Positions 32,021 to 43,914 of a stretch of 64,000 nt of DNA are shown here, in pieces. A program made the position numbers and the translations under genes. This DNA is from Pseudomonadota bacterium. Its GTDB lineage: Bacteria; Myxococcota; JACRCW01; JAFGSX01. The notes below the pieces were generated by a model. The model made no database searches and was not told the DNA's origin. It saw only the letters and a program-made list of their open reading frames with translations. The first letter of the stretch is position 1, and every line of letters starts with the position of its first letter. The stretch is from assembly GCA_043821645.1 (NCBI GenBank), contig JBDRCO010000076.1, positions 64,001-128,000 on the forward strand. The letters are read 5' to 3'.

Positions 32021-34405
32021 ATGGCGCACGGAAACATGATCGGCGGCAAGTACGAGCTGCTGCGCAAGATCGCCGCAGGCGGTATGGCCGAGGTCTACCT
32101 CGCCAAGCAGACAGGTCTGGTGGGCTTCGAGAAGCTCGTCGTGATCAAGCGCATCCTGCCTCACCTCTCCGAGAACGACGAGTTCGTGCGTATGTTTCTC
32201 GACGAGGCTCGCACGGCGGCTGACCTGAGGCACGCCAATGTGGTGCAGATCTACGAGGTGGGTGAGGACCAGGGCACGTACTACATCGCGATGGAGTTCC
32301 TGCACGGCCAGGACCTGCGCCGCATCTTGCGTCGACAGATAGAGCTCGGCGGCCGGGTTCCTCTCCAGCATGCCCTGCAGATGGTGATCGACGCCGCAGC
32401 GGGTCTGCATTACGCGCATCAGAAAGCAGACCTGCAGGGCCGGGCTCTGGGCATCGTGCACCGGGACATTTCACCCCAGAACATCATCGTCACCTACGAT
32501 GGCTCGACCAAGATCGTGGATTTCGGCATCGCCAAGGCTGCGAGCCAGTCGACGGAGACGCGGTCCGGCGTCCTCAAGGGGAAGTACTCCTACATGTCGC
32601 CCGAGCAAGCCTCGGGTGAGCAGATCGATCAGCGCACCGACCAGTTCGCCCTGGGTATCGTCGCGTTCGAGCTGACCACGGCCACGCGACTGTTCAAGTA
32701 TCCCAACGAGATCATGACCCTGCATGCGATCATCGAATGCAGGATCACGCCGCCAGCGCACGTGCTCCGCGGTTATCCCGTCGACCTCAACGACATCCTG
32801 ATGAAGGTCCTGGCCAAGGACCGCAACGACCGCTACCCGGACCTCGCGACCTTCGCCTCGGAACTCGAGGAGTACATGGCGCGTGAGGGCATGGTGCACA
32901 GCCCGGCGCGGGTGGCCGAGTACATGAAGGACCTGTTCGCCGACGTCATCGAGCAGGAGGCCCAGCTTGGTCACCCCCTGGTCGACGACGAGACCTCCGG
33001 TCCGAGTGATATCCAGCGTGCCACAGCCCGGGCCACCGTGCGCGAGGAGCGTGGCAAGCGCGATGTGGTGCAGCAACAGCCCACCATGGCGACGACACCG
33101 GGGCGTCGCAACACGTCGCAGGTCCGTGCCGAGACCCTGGCCACTGCGTCAACCCAGCCCCCGCACGAGGTGGCCGCAGGTGCCGCGTCGCCGGGCAAGC
33201 GCGCAGGACTCGTGGCCGCCGCAGTGGCAGCCCTGGCCGTGGTGGCGGGCGGAGTGTGGTGGGTCGCCAAAGGCGGCTCCGGGCCCGACAACTCGGGCCG
33301 GGTGATCGTGGAGACCGATCCCGCTGGTGCCTCGGTCTTCATCGACGGCGTCGAGTTCGACGGCAAGACGCCAACCGTGATTCCCAATCTCGAGGTTGGC
33401 CGCACCTATGTCATCAAGGTGACGGAGTTCGGCTACGACTCGCAGCAGGTTCAGGTGCAACCCATCGCAGGCAAGCCGGTCTCGGTGCGACGCCAGCTGC
33501 TCAAGGCCACTGGTTCGTTCGGGGTGGTCAAGTTCATCTCGAAACCCCCCGGTGCCAAGGTCTACATCGATGGCACGCAGGCGGATGGGCAAACACCCTT
33601 CGAGCTGGGAAAGCTCAAGGTGGGGGAAGAGCACACCGCCGTGTTCATGCTCGATGGGCACACCGACGCCACGACGAAATTCAAGGTGCAGGAGGGCATG
33701 ACCGGCGTCGAGGTTGAACTCTTCAAGCCTGGAGACGTCAAACCGGCGATCCTCAGCATCGTCACGGTCCCGGGTGGCGCCAGCGTCCTCGTGGACGGTG
33801 AGAAGGTGGGGGTGTCGCCCATCGCCGCTCTTGAGCGTGCCCCCACCCAGGGCGTCGAGATCCGGGTCGAACTTGATGGCTACAAGGGCGCCACCCAGAG
33901 CGTGGACCTGCAACCTGGCGCCGCGCGCGCCGTCACCTTCACCCTCGAGGCCATCGTCAACACCGGCACCGTCGTCCTCACCAGCAGCCCCACCGGAGCC
34001 AGCGTGATGCTGGGCGAGCGCGAGCTGGGGACCACGCCCCTTGCTCCACTCAAGCTGGAGCCCGGGGAGTACACCTTCGTGCTCGAACACAAGGGCGTTC
34101 GCGTCGAGGAGACCGCGGTGGTCGAGGTAGGCAAGACCCTCAAGCTCAGCGTCAAGATGCCGACGCGGTCCACCACACCGCCGCCACCCAAGGGCAAGGG
34201 GACCCTCAAGGTCGTGATCCCGGGGAGCTGGGCCGACGTCTACGTCAATGGCAAGCTCATCGGCACCACGCCCTTCAAGCCCATCAAGCTGCCTGCCGGG
34301 AGCTACAAGGTTCGCCTGGTCAACAAGGACCTGGGCAAGGACCTCACCGTGCCGGTCAAGATCGATCCGAACAAGGAATACAAGCTCTCCAAGCGCTTCG
34401 ACTGA
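32021..34405 (+). CDS. Membrane Ser/Thr protein kinase with periplasmic PEGA domains
   Basis: IAAGGMAEVY, VIKR, HRDISPQN, DFGIAK, YMSPEQ; TM segment GLVAAAVAALAVVAGGVWW; about 5 PEGA-like repeats (xPxGAxVxxDG...GxTP). Confidence 0.93.
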   Translation: MAHGNMIGGKYELLRKIAAGGMAEVYLAKQTGLVGFEKLVVIKRILPHLSENDEFVRMFLDEARTAADLRHANVVQIYEVGEDQGTYYIAMEFLHGQDLRRILRRQIELGGRVPLQHALQMVIDAAAGLHYAHQKADLQGRALGIVHRDISPQNIIVTYDGSTKIVDFGIAKAASQSTETRSGVLKGKYSYMSPEQASGEQIDQRTDQFALGIVAFELTTATRLFKYPNEIMTLHAIIECRITPPAHVLRGYPVDLNDILMKVLAKDRNDRYPDLATFASELEEYMAREGMVHSPARVAEYMKDLFADVIEQEAQLGHPLVDDETSGPSDIQRATARATVREERGKRDVVQQQPTMATTPGRRNTSQVRAETLATASTQPPHEVAAGAASPGKRAGLVAAAVAALAVVAGGVWWVAKGGSGPDNSGRVIVETDPAGASVFIDGVEFDGKTPTVIPNLEVGRTYVIKVTEFGYDSQQVQVQPIAGKPVSVRRQLLKATGSFGVVKFISKPPGAKVYIDGTQADGQTPFELGKLKVGEEHTAVFMLDGHTDATTKFKVQEGMTGVEVELFKPGDVKPAILSIVTVPGGASVLVDGEKVGVSPIAALERAPTQGVEIRVELDGYKGATQSVDLQPGAARAVTFTLEAIVNTGTVVLTSSPTGASVMLGERELGTTPLAPLKLEPGEYTFVLEHKGVRVEETAVVEVGKTLKLSVKMPTRSTTPPPPKGKGTLKVVIPGSWADVYVNGKLIGTTPFKPIKLPAGSYKVRLVNKDLGKDLTVPVKIDPNKEYKLSKRFD

Positions 34406-34629
34406 CGCATCGCGAGACACGTTTCGCGATCCGCGAGGCGGAGTCCGCGTCGCACGTTCCTGCTCATGGCGACGGGCTGCTCACAGCAGGACCCACCGCA
34501 CAGCGGGCAGCGCCTCAGGGAATCGTGGCGCGACGTCCACGTGGACCGGAGGTCCGGTCGCCGGTGCAGGGGTTGTCACGGCGCGTCCAAGATCCTAGAA
34601 GTGGGAGCACGACTTCAACAGACAGGGCG

Positions 34630-35001
34630 ATGATGAACAAGCTGGGTACCCACGTCCTCATCGAGCTCTGGCAGGTACCGCCAGAGCAACTCAACGACGT
34701 TGCCTGGGTCCGAAAGCTGCTTCTGCAGGCCGCCGAGGAGGCTCAGTGCTCGGTGGTGAGCCAGACCTTTCATCGCTTCGCGCCGCAGGGTGTGTCCGGT
34801 GTGGTGGTGATCGCCGAGTCCCACATCTCGATCCATACATGGCCCGAACTGGGCTACGCAGCGGCCGACATCTTCACCTGCGGTGACCACACCATGCCCG
34901 AGCAGGCCGCCCAGTACCTCATCAGGACCATGGGTGCTGGACGCCATCTGTTGCAGGTGCTCGAGCGCGGCATTCCAGACACCAGCATCGAGGCGGCCTG
35001 A
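34630..35001 (+). CDS. speD: S-adenosylmethionine decarboxylase proenzyme (class 1B SpeD/SpeH family)
   Basis: LGTHVLIEL, FHRFAPQGVSGVVVIAESHISIHTWPELGYAAADIFTCG (E-S autocleavage site). Confidence 0.9.
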   Translation: MMNKLGTHVLIELWQVPPEQLNDVAWVRKLLLQAAEEAQCSVVSQTFHRFAPQGVSGVVVIAESHISIHTWPELGYAAADIFTCGDHTMPEQAAQYLIRTMGAGRHLLQVLERGIPDTSIEAA

Positions 35002-35038
35002 AAGAAGAGGCCGCAGCCCGGGGTCGAGCGGCGGCCTC
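35001..35038 (-). terminator. Intrinsic terminator downstream of dnaK
   Basis: GAGGCCGC (35007-14) / GCGGCCTC (35031-38) stem, followed on the minus strand by TTCTTT. Confidence 0.6.
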
Positions 35039-35150
35039 ATCGATTCAGGTTCTTGTGTCTGATGATTCGTCGAATTCGTGAGTCTGGTTGTGCGCCCCGG
35101 TGGTCGGCGCCATTCTCATCGCAAGGCGCTGCGTGCTCAGGGGCCGCGCG

Positions 35151-37070
<1,920 letters not shown>

Positions 37071-37162
37071 GATGCTTCTCCTTGCCCGGGGCGCGACTCT
37101 CTGAAAAGTCGCTAACGCCTCGAAATTATTGACTGAAAGAACCGGCCTCGCGGCATGGGAGC

Positions 37163-37190
37163 AAGATAGGCACCGGGTCTGGTCTGTCAA
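37163..37190 (-). promoter_or_regulatory. Sigma70-type promoter for dnaK
   Basis: Minus strand TTGACA-N16-TATCTT, about 92 nt upstream of the start codon. Confidence 0.65.
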
Positions 37191-37211
37191 GCCCGAGACA
37201 ACACAATGCGC

Positions 37212-39992
37212 TCAGGGCTTGGGGAACTCGAGGGGCCGCCCGCGCAGGCGGCGCAACAGCCGCTGCAGCGAGGATAGATAGGGAGCCCCCCGGTCATAGC
37301 GCAGCTGGTCCGCCAGCGACTCCTCGAGGGGTTCGAGCAAGCTCCGGCGCAGTGGCGTGTTCTCGATGACCGCAACGCGTCGCAGCTGGGCCTCGAGCAC
37401 CACCGGGGTGTTGTTCTGCTCCCGTCCGCGTTTCTCGGCCGCTTGCAGCGCGCGGCGGTACTCCCTCTTCTCGGCGCGCTCGAAGGCCAGCGTGGCTGCG
37501 AGCAGCTCCAGGTACAGCCTGCGCTCGGGCGCACCCTGGGCGGTGGCGAGGGCAGGTCCGGTGTTGTCGAGTTCACGCGCCTCGAGCAAGGCTCGCACCA
37601 GGGCCTCCTGGACGTAGGGGGACGGATCGGCGTGGCGCAGAGCCTCGATCTGCTTGCGGGCACCTCGACGGCTCATCGAGGCCATGTGCCGCGCCGCAAA
37701 GGCAACCGCGGCCCCCTGCGGCTTCTCGTCCACGGCAGCAGCGTCGAGGAAGCGCAGCGCGGTCTTCCTTTCACCTCTCGCCACGCGACCCAGGGCGGCG
37801 AAGCCCGTCGCCAGAGGATCCTTGCGCGCACCGTCCGGGGCCTCGTCGTACAGCTTGAGGAGCTTCGGGTAGTCACCATTGGCCATGGCGGCTCGGAGCT
37901 GCAGCACCAGTCCAGGGCGACTGTCGAGGCGGCGCACGCGCAGGATTCTCCCCGCCTCGTCGGCAAGGGCGGGCTCGCCTCGTGCCAGCGCGAGTTCGCC
38001 GATGGCCTGGTAGCGGGCCTGACCCAGGCCCCGGGCACGCAGCAAGCGCTGCCGTAGCTCGGTGGCCTCGGCTTCCTTGAGCTGCTTGGGCGCGGTGGCG
38101 GCACGCTCGGCATGGTAGAGCAACATGCTGCCGGCTGGCGGACAACTCTCGAGGGTGACAGCGGTGGCGGCGCCGAGTTTCTGGCCGCGCCGCAGGCCGA
38201 TACGACCTCGGGTTGCGGCTTGCTCGCAAGCGGAGATACCGAGGATCTCGAGTCGCGCCAGGCAGGTCTCGATAAGGGCAAGGTCTCCCACGGCCGCTGC
38301 CTGCACGGCGAGCTCACCCAGGACATGCACCGTGCGCACGTTGGTTTCGTTCACCAGCGCACCTGCTGCAGCCACGTCGCCCGACGCCACGGCCAGGGCG
38401 AGCCGGGACGAACCCGGAGTCTCGAGCTTGCCCGCGGCGAGGGCTCGCTCGGCATAATCGGGCCACCCCTCGTCGAGGAGAGCCTCGCTTGCGGCCAGAG
38501 CGCGCGCGGTGTCGCCACCGATCGCAGCTTCGATGTCGTCGAAGGGCGGCGCCTCGGCTGCGGCATTGCCAACCCACGAGCGCAGCGTCACAGCCAGGGC
38601 GAGGGCCCCGAAGTGGAGTCTCGTGGCCTCTGCCTTGACCGGTGCGGCGAGCAGAGGAGAGATCTCCGCTGGACCGTCGCCCCGAGCGAGACGCAGGCTG
38701 GCCTCGGCCAGGTCGGTGGCGGGGGCGTCCTTGGCCACAGCCCGGAGTTCCTTGAGCCAACCCTCGGCGCGCGGGAGCTGGTCGGTGGCCAGCGCGGCCC
38801 GCAGGGCCAGCAGCGGAAGATCCTGTGATTCCGGACGGGCCGCACGCGCCTGGTCGACCCACTTGAGTACCTGATCGTGCAAGCCCCGGTGCAGTCCGTC
38901 CAGGGCGAGCAACTCCAGGCGCAGGCTCTCGAACAGCGGGTCATCCTGACTCTTCTCATTGACCAGGGCGCCAGGCGGGTGCCCGCGGGCAACAGCCAGC
39001 AAGGCCGCGCCCAGGATGGCGCGGGGTTCGTCGGCACTGGCGTGCTCATCGAGGATGGTCTGGGCGCGGTCGAGCAAGCTGGGATCCGCGTCGTCATAAA
39101 GGTAGCGGGCGGCCATGAGCCACACCGCGCGCAGCGCCAGGTCCGAATCACTGGATTCCTCGTGGAGCTGCACAACCTGGCTCAGTGCTGCGTGGCGGGC
39201 CACCGAGCCCCCCTGCCGGATCGCGGTGTCGATCCCGGCGATGGACTGGGTCCAGGCTTCCTGCGAGCGACAGGAGCGCAGTCCGACCAGCACCACCACC
39301 CCGACCACGAGGAGCGCGCCGAGTCCGATGCCGCCGCCGACCAACAGGTGCCGCACCCGGCTCGATCCCCGGAGCTCGCCAACGCTGCGGCGCGTTGCAC
39401 CCAGGGCGGTCTCCAGCCGAGATGCGAACATCCCACTTTCCTGCTCGAAGGCCACCAGTTGCAGCACCGCGGCGGCAGCCTGCTCGCGCCGATCCGCATC
39501 CACGGCGATGGCACCGATGTGTTCCTCTGCGCTGGGCAGCGAGCTCCCCGCCGAGCCAAGGCTGCGGGTCTCGGTCAGCGCTTTCTTGTGTGCCTTTTTG
39601 AGCAATGCGGCGTAGCTCTTCTTGCCGCCCGAGGTGCGCACCGCCAGGGCCAGGTAGCGTTCTGCATGTGCCGGCTCCTCGGCCTCGAGAAGGATCTGCC
39701 CGACCCTGAACAGGGCTTCGGGATCCTGGGGCGCCAGGCGCAGCGCTGCGATCAGGTGCTCCATCCCCTCGGCACCACGGCCCAGGGCATGCAACGCCCC
39801 GGCGCGCAGGAGCAGCCATTCCACATCGCCCTCGTCGGGACGCATCTCCGCGTCGCACACGGTCAGCGCGTCCTTGGGGCGTCCATCGAGCAAGGCGTCC
39901 CGTGCTTCGTGCAGGCGCTGGCTGCGCTGCGACGACAGGGCGGGTGTCCCCGGCGCTGGTTCCGAGCCCGGAGTGTTGCGTTTGGAACTCAT
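37212..39992 (-). CDS. Large TPR/helical-repeat protein with one TM helix
   Basis: N-terminal TPRs (WLLLRAGALHALG, ALFRVGQILL), TM segment LLVGGGIGLGALLVVGVVVLVGL, Ala/Leu-rich helical C-terminus. Start placed at ATG 39992 to avoid overlap with tyrS. Confidence 0.72.
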   Translation of the reverse strand: MSSKRNTPGSEPAPGTPALSSQRSQRLHEARDALLDGRPKDALTVCDAEMRPDEGDVEWLLLRAGALHALGRGAEGMEHLIAALRLAPQDPEALFRVGQILLEAEEPAHAERYLALAVRTSGGKKSYAALLKKAHKKALTETRSLGSAGSSLPSAEEHIGAIAVDADRREQAAAAVLQLVAFEQESGMFASRLETALGATRRSVGELRGSSRVRHLLVGGGIGLGALLVVGVVVLVGLRSCRSQEAWTQSIAGIDTAIRQGGSVARHAALSQVVQLHEESSDSDLALRAVWLMAARYLYDDADPSLLDRAQTILDEHASADEPRAILGAALLAVARGHPPGALVNEKSQDDPLFESLRLELLALDGLHRGLHDQVLKWVDQARAARPESQDLPLLALRAALATDQLPRAEGWLKELRAVAKDAPATDLAEASLRLARGDGPAEISPLLAAPVKAEATRLHFGALALAVTLRSWVGNAAAEAPPFDDIEAAIGGDTARALAASEALLDEGWPDYAERALAAGKLETPGSSRLALAVASGDVAAAGALVNETNVRTVHVLGELAVQAAAVGDLALIETCLARLEILGISACEQAATRGRIGLRRGQKLGAATAVTLESCPPAGSMLLYHAERAATAPKQLKEAEATELRQRLLRARGLGQARYQAIGELALARGEPALADEAGRILRVRRLDSRPGLVLQLRAAMANGDYPKLLKLYDEAPDGARKDPLATGFAALGRVARGERKTALRFLDAAAVDEKPQGAAVAFAARHMASMSRRGARKQIEALRHADPSPYVQEALVRALLEARELDNTGPALATAQGAPERRLYLELLAATLAFERAEKREYRRALQAAEKRGREQNNTPVVLEAQLRRVAVIENTPLRRSLLEPLEESLADQLRYDRGAPYLSSLQRLLRRLRGRPLEFPKP

Positions 39993-40068
39993 GATTGGCG
40001 GCCTGGCTCCGACCCTTCTCGTATACGCCGCGGAGCAGCACGCAGGATAGACGCAGGGGCCGCGACGA

Positions 40069-41316
40069 TCAATGCAGCACCACCCGGGCAAACTTCTTCT
40101 TGCCGGCTCGCACCAGGTAGCTGCCGGGCGCGATGCGCTCGGCGGGGTCGTCGTGGCGCTCACCGTCGAGACGCACGCCGCCCTGACCGATGAGGCGCCT
40201 GGCCTCGCCGTTGGATCCGACCAGTCCAGCACGCGCCAGGAGCTGGATGAGGGGCAGACCACCGTCCTCGGAGGCCAGGGCCACTTCCTCGACGTCCTCG
40301 GGCACGGCTTCTTTGTTGCCGATGTTCTGGTCGAACCAGAGCGCCTCGGCCTGGGCACATTCCGCCGAGTGAAAGCGCGCCACGATCTCCCGGGCGAGAT
40401 CGCTCTTGGCGGCCTTGGGGTGCGCCTCACCTCGTTCCACGGCGCTGCGCCGCGCGGCGATGGTCACGCTGTCGAGGTCGCTGAGCAGGTCGTAGTAACG
40501 CCACATCAGGGCGTCGCAGATGCGCATGATCTTGCCGAACTGCTCCCGGGGTGGCTCGTCGACGCCGATGTAGTTGGCCAGGGACTTGGACATCTTGTTG
40601 CCCACGAGCGCGCCGTTCTCGACCCTGGCGTCGGTGCCCTCGAGGATGGGCGTGGTCAAGATGACCTGGGGCTCCAGCTCGAAGGCGCGCATGATGTCGC
40701 GCCCCACCAGCAGGTTGAACAGCTGGTCGGTGCCGCCCAGCTCGACGTCGGCCTTGAGAGCCACCGAGTCATAGGCCTGGGCCAGGGGATACAGCAGTTC
40801 GTGCACGGCGATGGGTCGCTGCTCGGCGAGGCGCTTTTGAAAATCGTCGCGCTCGAGCATGCGCGCCAGCGAATAGCGCGCGGCCAGGCGAATGACATCG
40901 TCGAAGCCCATGGGGCCGAGCCACTCGCTGTTGAAGCGTACCTCGGTGAGCCTGGCGTCGAGGATCTTGAAGACCTGATTCTTGTAGGTCTCGGCGTTGT
41001 GCTGGATCTGGTCCCGGGTCAGCGGGGGACGGGTGGTGCTCTTGCCCGTGGGATCGCCGATCGAGGCCGTGAAGTCACCGATGACGAAGATCACGCGGTG
41101 CCCGAGCTGCTGGAACTGTCGCATCTTCTGCATCAGCACGGTGTGACCGAGATGCAGATCCGGCGCCGTGGGATCGAATCCGACCTTGACGGCGAGCGGC
41201 GTGTCCTTGGCCAGGCTGCGCGCGAGCTTCTTCTTGAGATCGTCGGGGGTCTGCAGGTCGACGATGCCGCGGGTCAGCAGGGCCAGCTGCTCGTCGACGG
41301 GGGGGAAATGGGTCAT
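40069..41316 (-). CDS. tyrS: Tyrosine--tRNA ligase
   Basis: [35 protein letters not shown]-terminal S4 domain. Confidence 0.97.
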   Translation of the reverse strand: MTHFPPVDEQLALLTRGIVDLQTPDDLKKKLARSLAKDTPLAVKVGFDPTAPDLHLGHTVLMQKMRQFQQLGHRVIFVIGDFTASIGDPTGKSTTRPPLTRDQIQHNAETYKNQVFKILDARLTEVRFNSEWLGPMGFDDVIRLAARYSLARMLERDDFQKRLAEQRPIAVHELLYPLAQAYDSVALKADVELGGTDQLFNLLVGRDIMRAFELEPQVILTTPILEGTDARVENGALVGNKMSKSLANYIGVDEPPREQFGKIMRICDALMWRYYDLLSDLDSVTIAARRSAVERGEAHPKAAKSDLAREIVARFHSAECAQAEALWFDQNIGNKEAVPEDVEEVALASEDGGLPLIQLLARAGLVGSNGEARRLIGQGGVRLDGERHDDPAERIAPGSYLVRAGKKKFARVVLH

Positions 41317-41377
41317 GCGGGCTCCGGTGCGCGAGGCGCGCGACGAGGGGTCTTCGTATGCAGAGGAGGCCAGCGCG

Positions 41378-42670
41378 TCAAGCGGTACGCCTGTTCTCTC
41401 CGTCGAGCATGCTCAGGATCTGTGCCGTGCAGCGCTGTGAGGCACCGCGGCCCTCGCTGGCAGCGCGCCTGGCTTCATCGCCGAGGGCAAGGGCGACGGA
41501 GGGGTGTGCGAGCAGGTGCTGCAGGGCGTCGGCCAGCGTCGGAGTGTCCGAGATTTCTTGCAGACCACGGCCGCGCAGCAGCTCGACCTGATCTCTGGAA
41601 TCCCAGGTGTGTGGGCCAACCAGCACGGCCACTCCCTGGGAGGCGGGCTCCAGCATGTTCTGACCGCCCCGGGGCACCAGCGATCCGCCAACGAAGGCGA
41701 CCCGCGCCAGGCCATAGACCCGACCGAGCTCGCCGAGACTGTCCAGCAGCACGACACCGGCATGCTGAAGATCGTCACCGCCTGCACTTCGGCGCGCGAC
41801 GTCGGTGGTCCGCTGCTGGATCAGGGCCAGCACCTCGTCGCTGCGGTCCAGGTAGCGGGGTGCCAGCACCAGGCGAGCGGTCGGATTGGAAACCCGGGCC
41901 TGGACAAAGGCGTCGAGGACAAGCTCCTCTTCCCCGCGGTGCGTGGATCCCGCCACCACCACCGGGTCGCCAGGCGCCATCCCCAGCTCCTGTCCCAGCA
42001 CTTGCACACTCCCGGGGTCCGGACCCTGGACCGCTGCATCGAGCTTGGTGTTGCCCGTGATGTGCACGCGCTCGGGTCGGGCTCCGAGGGCAAGCATGCG
42101 GTCCGCCTCGTCGTGGTTGCGCATCAAGAACAGGTCGACATCGTCGAGAACCGGACCGGTGATGGCGAATAGACGCCGGTAGTGGTGAACCAGGCTCGGG
42201 GAGATGCGGCCGTTGACCACCACCACCCGGGCACCGGCTGCATGTGCACGGCGGATCAGGGCCGGCCACAGCTCGGCGCGTTCGAGAAGAAGCAGACCGG
42301 GCTGCAGTGCCGTCACGGCCCGTCGCGTGGCACCGGGAAGGTCGTAGGGCTGATAAAGCACCCGCGCAGAGGCAAAGCGCTGCCGCGCCATGGCTACTCC
42401 GGTGTTGGTGAGTGCCGTGACCGTGAGCTGGAGCGGTCGTGCGCGGGCGATCTCGTCGAGCAAGGGTTGCAGGCACAGCACGTCCCCGGCCGAGGCGCCG
42501 TGGGCCCACACCCGGAGCGGGGCGTCCGGGCCCGAGGCGAGCCCGGGCAGGGGAGCCATTGACCAGTAGAAGCGCTGCCACCAGCCCGCGCGCAGCTTGG
42601 GCCGCAGCGCAAACAGGGGAAGCAAGGCCACGTGGACCAGCCAGGCCAGCAGGTGATGGAGCGCGGTCAT
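41378..42670 (-). CDS. waaA: 3-deoxy-D-manno-octulosonic acid (Kdo) transferase
   Basis: [67 protein letters not shown]. Confidence 0.92.
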   Translation of the reverse strand: MTALHHLLAWLVHVALLPLFALRPKLRAGWWQRFYWSMAPLPGLASGPDAPLRVWAHGASAGDVLCLQPLLDEIARARPLQLTVTALTNTGVAMARQRFASARVLYQPYDLPGATRRAVTALQPGLLLLERAELWPALIRRAHAAGARVVVVNGRISPSLVHHYRRLFAITGPVLDDVDLFLMRNHDEADRMLALGARPERVHITGNTKLDAAVQGPDPGSVQVLGQELGMAPGDPVVVAGSTHRGEEELVLDAFVQARVSNPTARLVLAPRYLDRSDEVLALIQQRTTDVARRSAGGDDLQHAGVVLLDSLGELGRVYGLARVAFVGGSLVPRGGQNMLEPASQGVAVLVGPHTWDSRDQVELLRGRGLQEISDTPTLADALQHLLAHPSVALALGDEARRAASEGRGASQRCTAQILSMLDGENRRTA

Positions 42671-42793
42671 GACGCGGTAAGCCTCGCAGCGCGCGGGCCT
42701 CTCAAGAGCTCCGTCGCGGTTCGATTGACGCACCATATCCTTGCGTGGTACCCAAACCCATCTTACTTTTACGGCGGACGTCATACGGAGAAG

Positions 42794-43381
42794 ATGACCA
42801 TGCGTTGCGTCGCTACCTTTGCCTTGCTGAGCCTGCTGGCCGTTCCTGGAGCGTTCGCCCAGGACACCGCCACCGACGATGGCGCGATCGCCACCGAACA
42901 GCCTGCCGACGAGACCACCCCCGCGACGGGTGGCGAGGCCACGGCACCCGATGCCGCTGCGACCGCACCGGCGGATCTCCCTCCCGCGGACGAGGGTACC
43001 ACCCCAGCCGAGGCGGCTCCGCCGGCCGAGACCGGGACCGAGACTGCCGCGGCCGAAGCTCCGGTGGATAGCTCTGCCGACCTCGAGCGGCTGATCGTCA
43101 CCGGTGTGGCGGGTGGCGTCGCGGTCGTCGGGCTGGGCGTGGGGATCACCTTCGGCGTGCTGGCCCTCAATGATTACAACTGCCTGTCCGATGTCGTCGA
43201 GTGCAACAAGACCCTCGACGAGCCCATCATCGGTGACAAGTACCTGGATGCCCGCGCCGAGGTCGAGCGCAAGGCCCTGTACGCAGACATGGGCTTCCTG
43301 GTGGCGGCGACGGCAGCCACAGTGGCGATCGTTGGCGCGGTCGAGATGCTCCTCGGCTCGGGCTCGGAGGCGAGCGAATGA
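42794..43381 (+). CDS. Hypothetical exported/membrane protein with acidic Ala/Thr/Pro-rich linker
   Basis: GGAG RBS; signal peptide ending AFA-Q; two Gly-rich hydrophobic segments flanking a CxxxxxxC pair. Confidence 0.7.
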   Translation: MTMRCVATFALLSLLAVPGAFAQDTATDDGAIATEQPADETTPATGGEATAPDAAATAPADLPPADEGTTPAEAAPPAETGTETAAAEAPVDSSADLERLIVTGVAGGVAVVGLGVGITFGVLALNDYNCLSDVVECNKTLDEPIIGDKYLDARAEVERKALYADMGFLVAATAATVAIVGAVEMLLGSGSEASE

Positions 43382-43848
43382 AAACCCACATGAACTGGAT
43401 GCGTGGACTGATCGTCGTGGTCGTTGCAGGGGTGCTGGTCACGGCGTGCACCGTGATCCTGGACACCCAATCCTTGACCAAGCCCTGTGCGTCCAATGCG
43501 GACTGCGAGGAGGGCTTCCGGTGCGAGGAGGGGACCTGCCTGCCTGGTCCGCGGGACGCCGGTCCTGTGGTGGATGCGGCCGCAGCCGATACCACCGTGG
43601 TGCCGGATACAGGTGGGACGGACACCTCCGTCACCCCCGATGCGGCCACCGCTGACACCCTGGTCACGGACACGATGGCTACCGATACCACGGTCCCCGT
43701 GGACAGCGCGGTGGAGGATGCCACCGCGACGACCGACGCAACCATGGCGGACAGTGCGACCGGCGACGCTGCGGTCGAGGACTCGGCGGTTGCGGACTCG
43801 GCCACCGAGGATGCGGCTGTCGAAGACGCCGCTGCCGAGGACATCTGA
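43378..43848 (+). CDS. Lipoprotein with small Cys4 domain and Asp-periodic repeat tail
   Basis: ATGA overlap with the upstream stop; lipobox VTAC; CASNADCEEGFRCEEGTC; about 17 D-xxxx(x) repeats. Confidence 0.75.
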   Translation: MKTHMNWMRGLIVVVVAGVLVTACTVILDTQSLTKPCASNADCEEGFRCEEGTCLPGPRDAGPVVDAAAADTTVVPDTGGTDTSVTPDAATADTLVTDTMATDTTVPVDSAVEDATATTDATMADSATGDAAVEDSAVADSATEDAAVEDAAAEDI

Positions 43849-43914
43849 GTCCGACGCCTCTGACCCCCCCGCCTGCCCCTCCCACGCGGTGTTGTTAGCC
43901 TTGACGAGATCGAT

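Noticed and set aside
37071-37211. CIRCE or heat-shock operator upstream of dnaK
   Set aside because: No TTAGCACTC-N9-GAGTGCTAA match seen.
39993-40430. N-terminal extension of the 1072-aa TPR ORF overlapping tyrS (possible frameshift fusion)
   Set aside because: tyrS is complete with its own stop; the extension reads as off-frame sequence; ATG 39992 is a sensible start.
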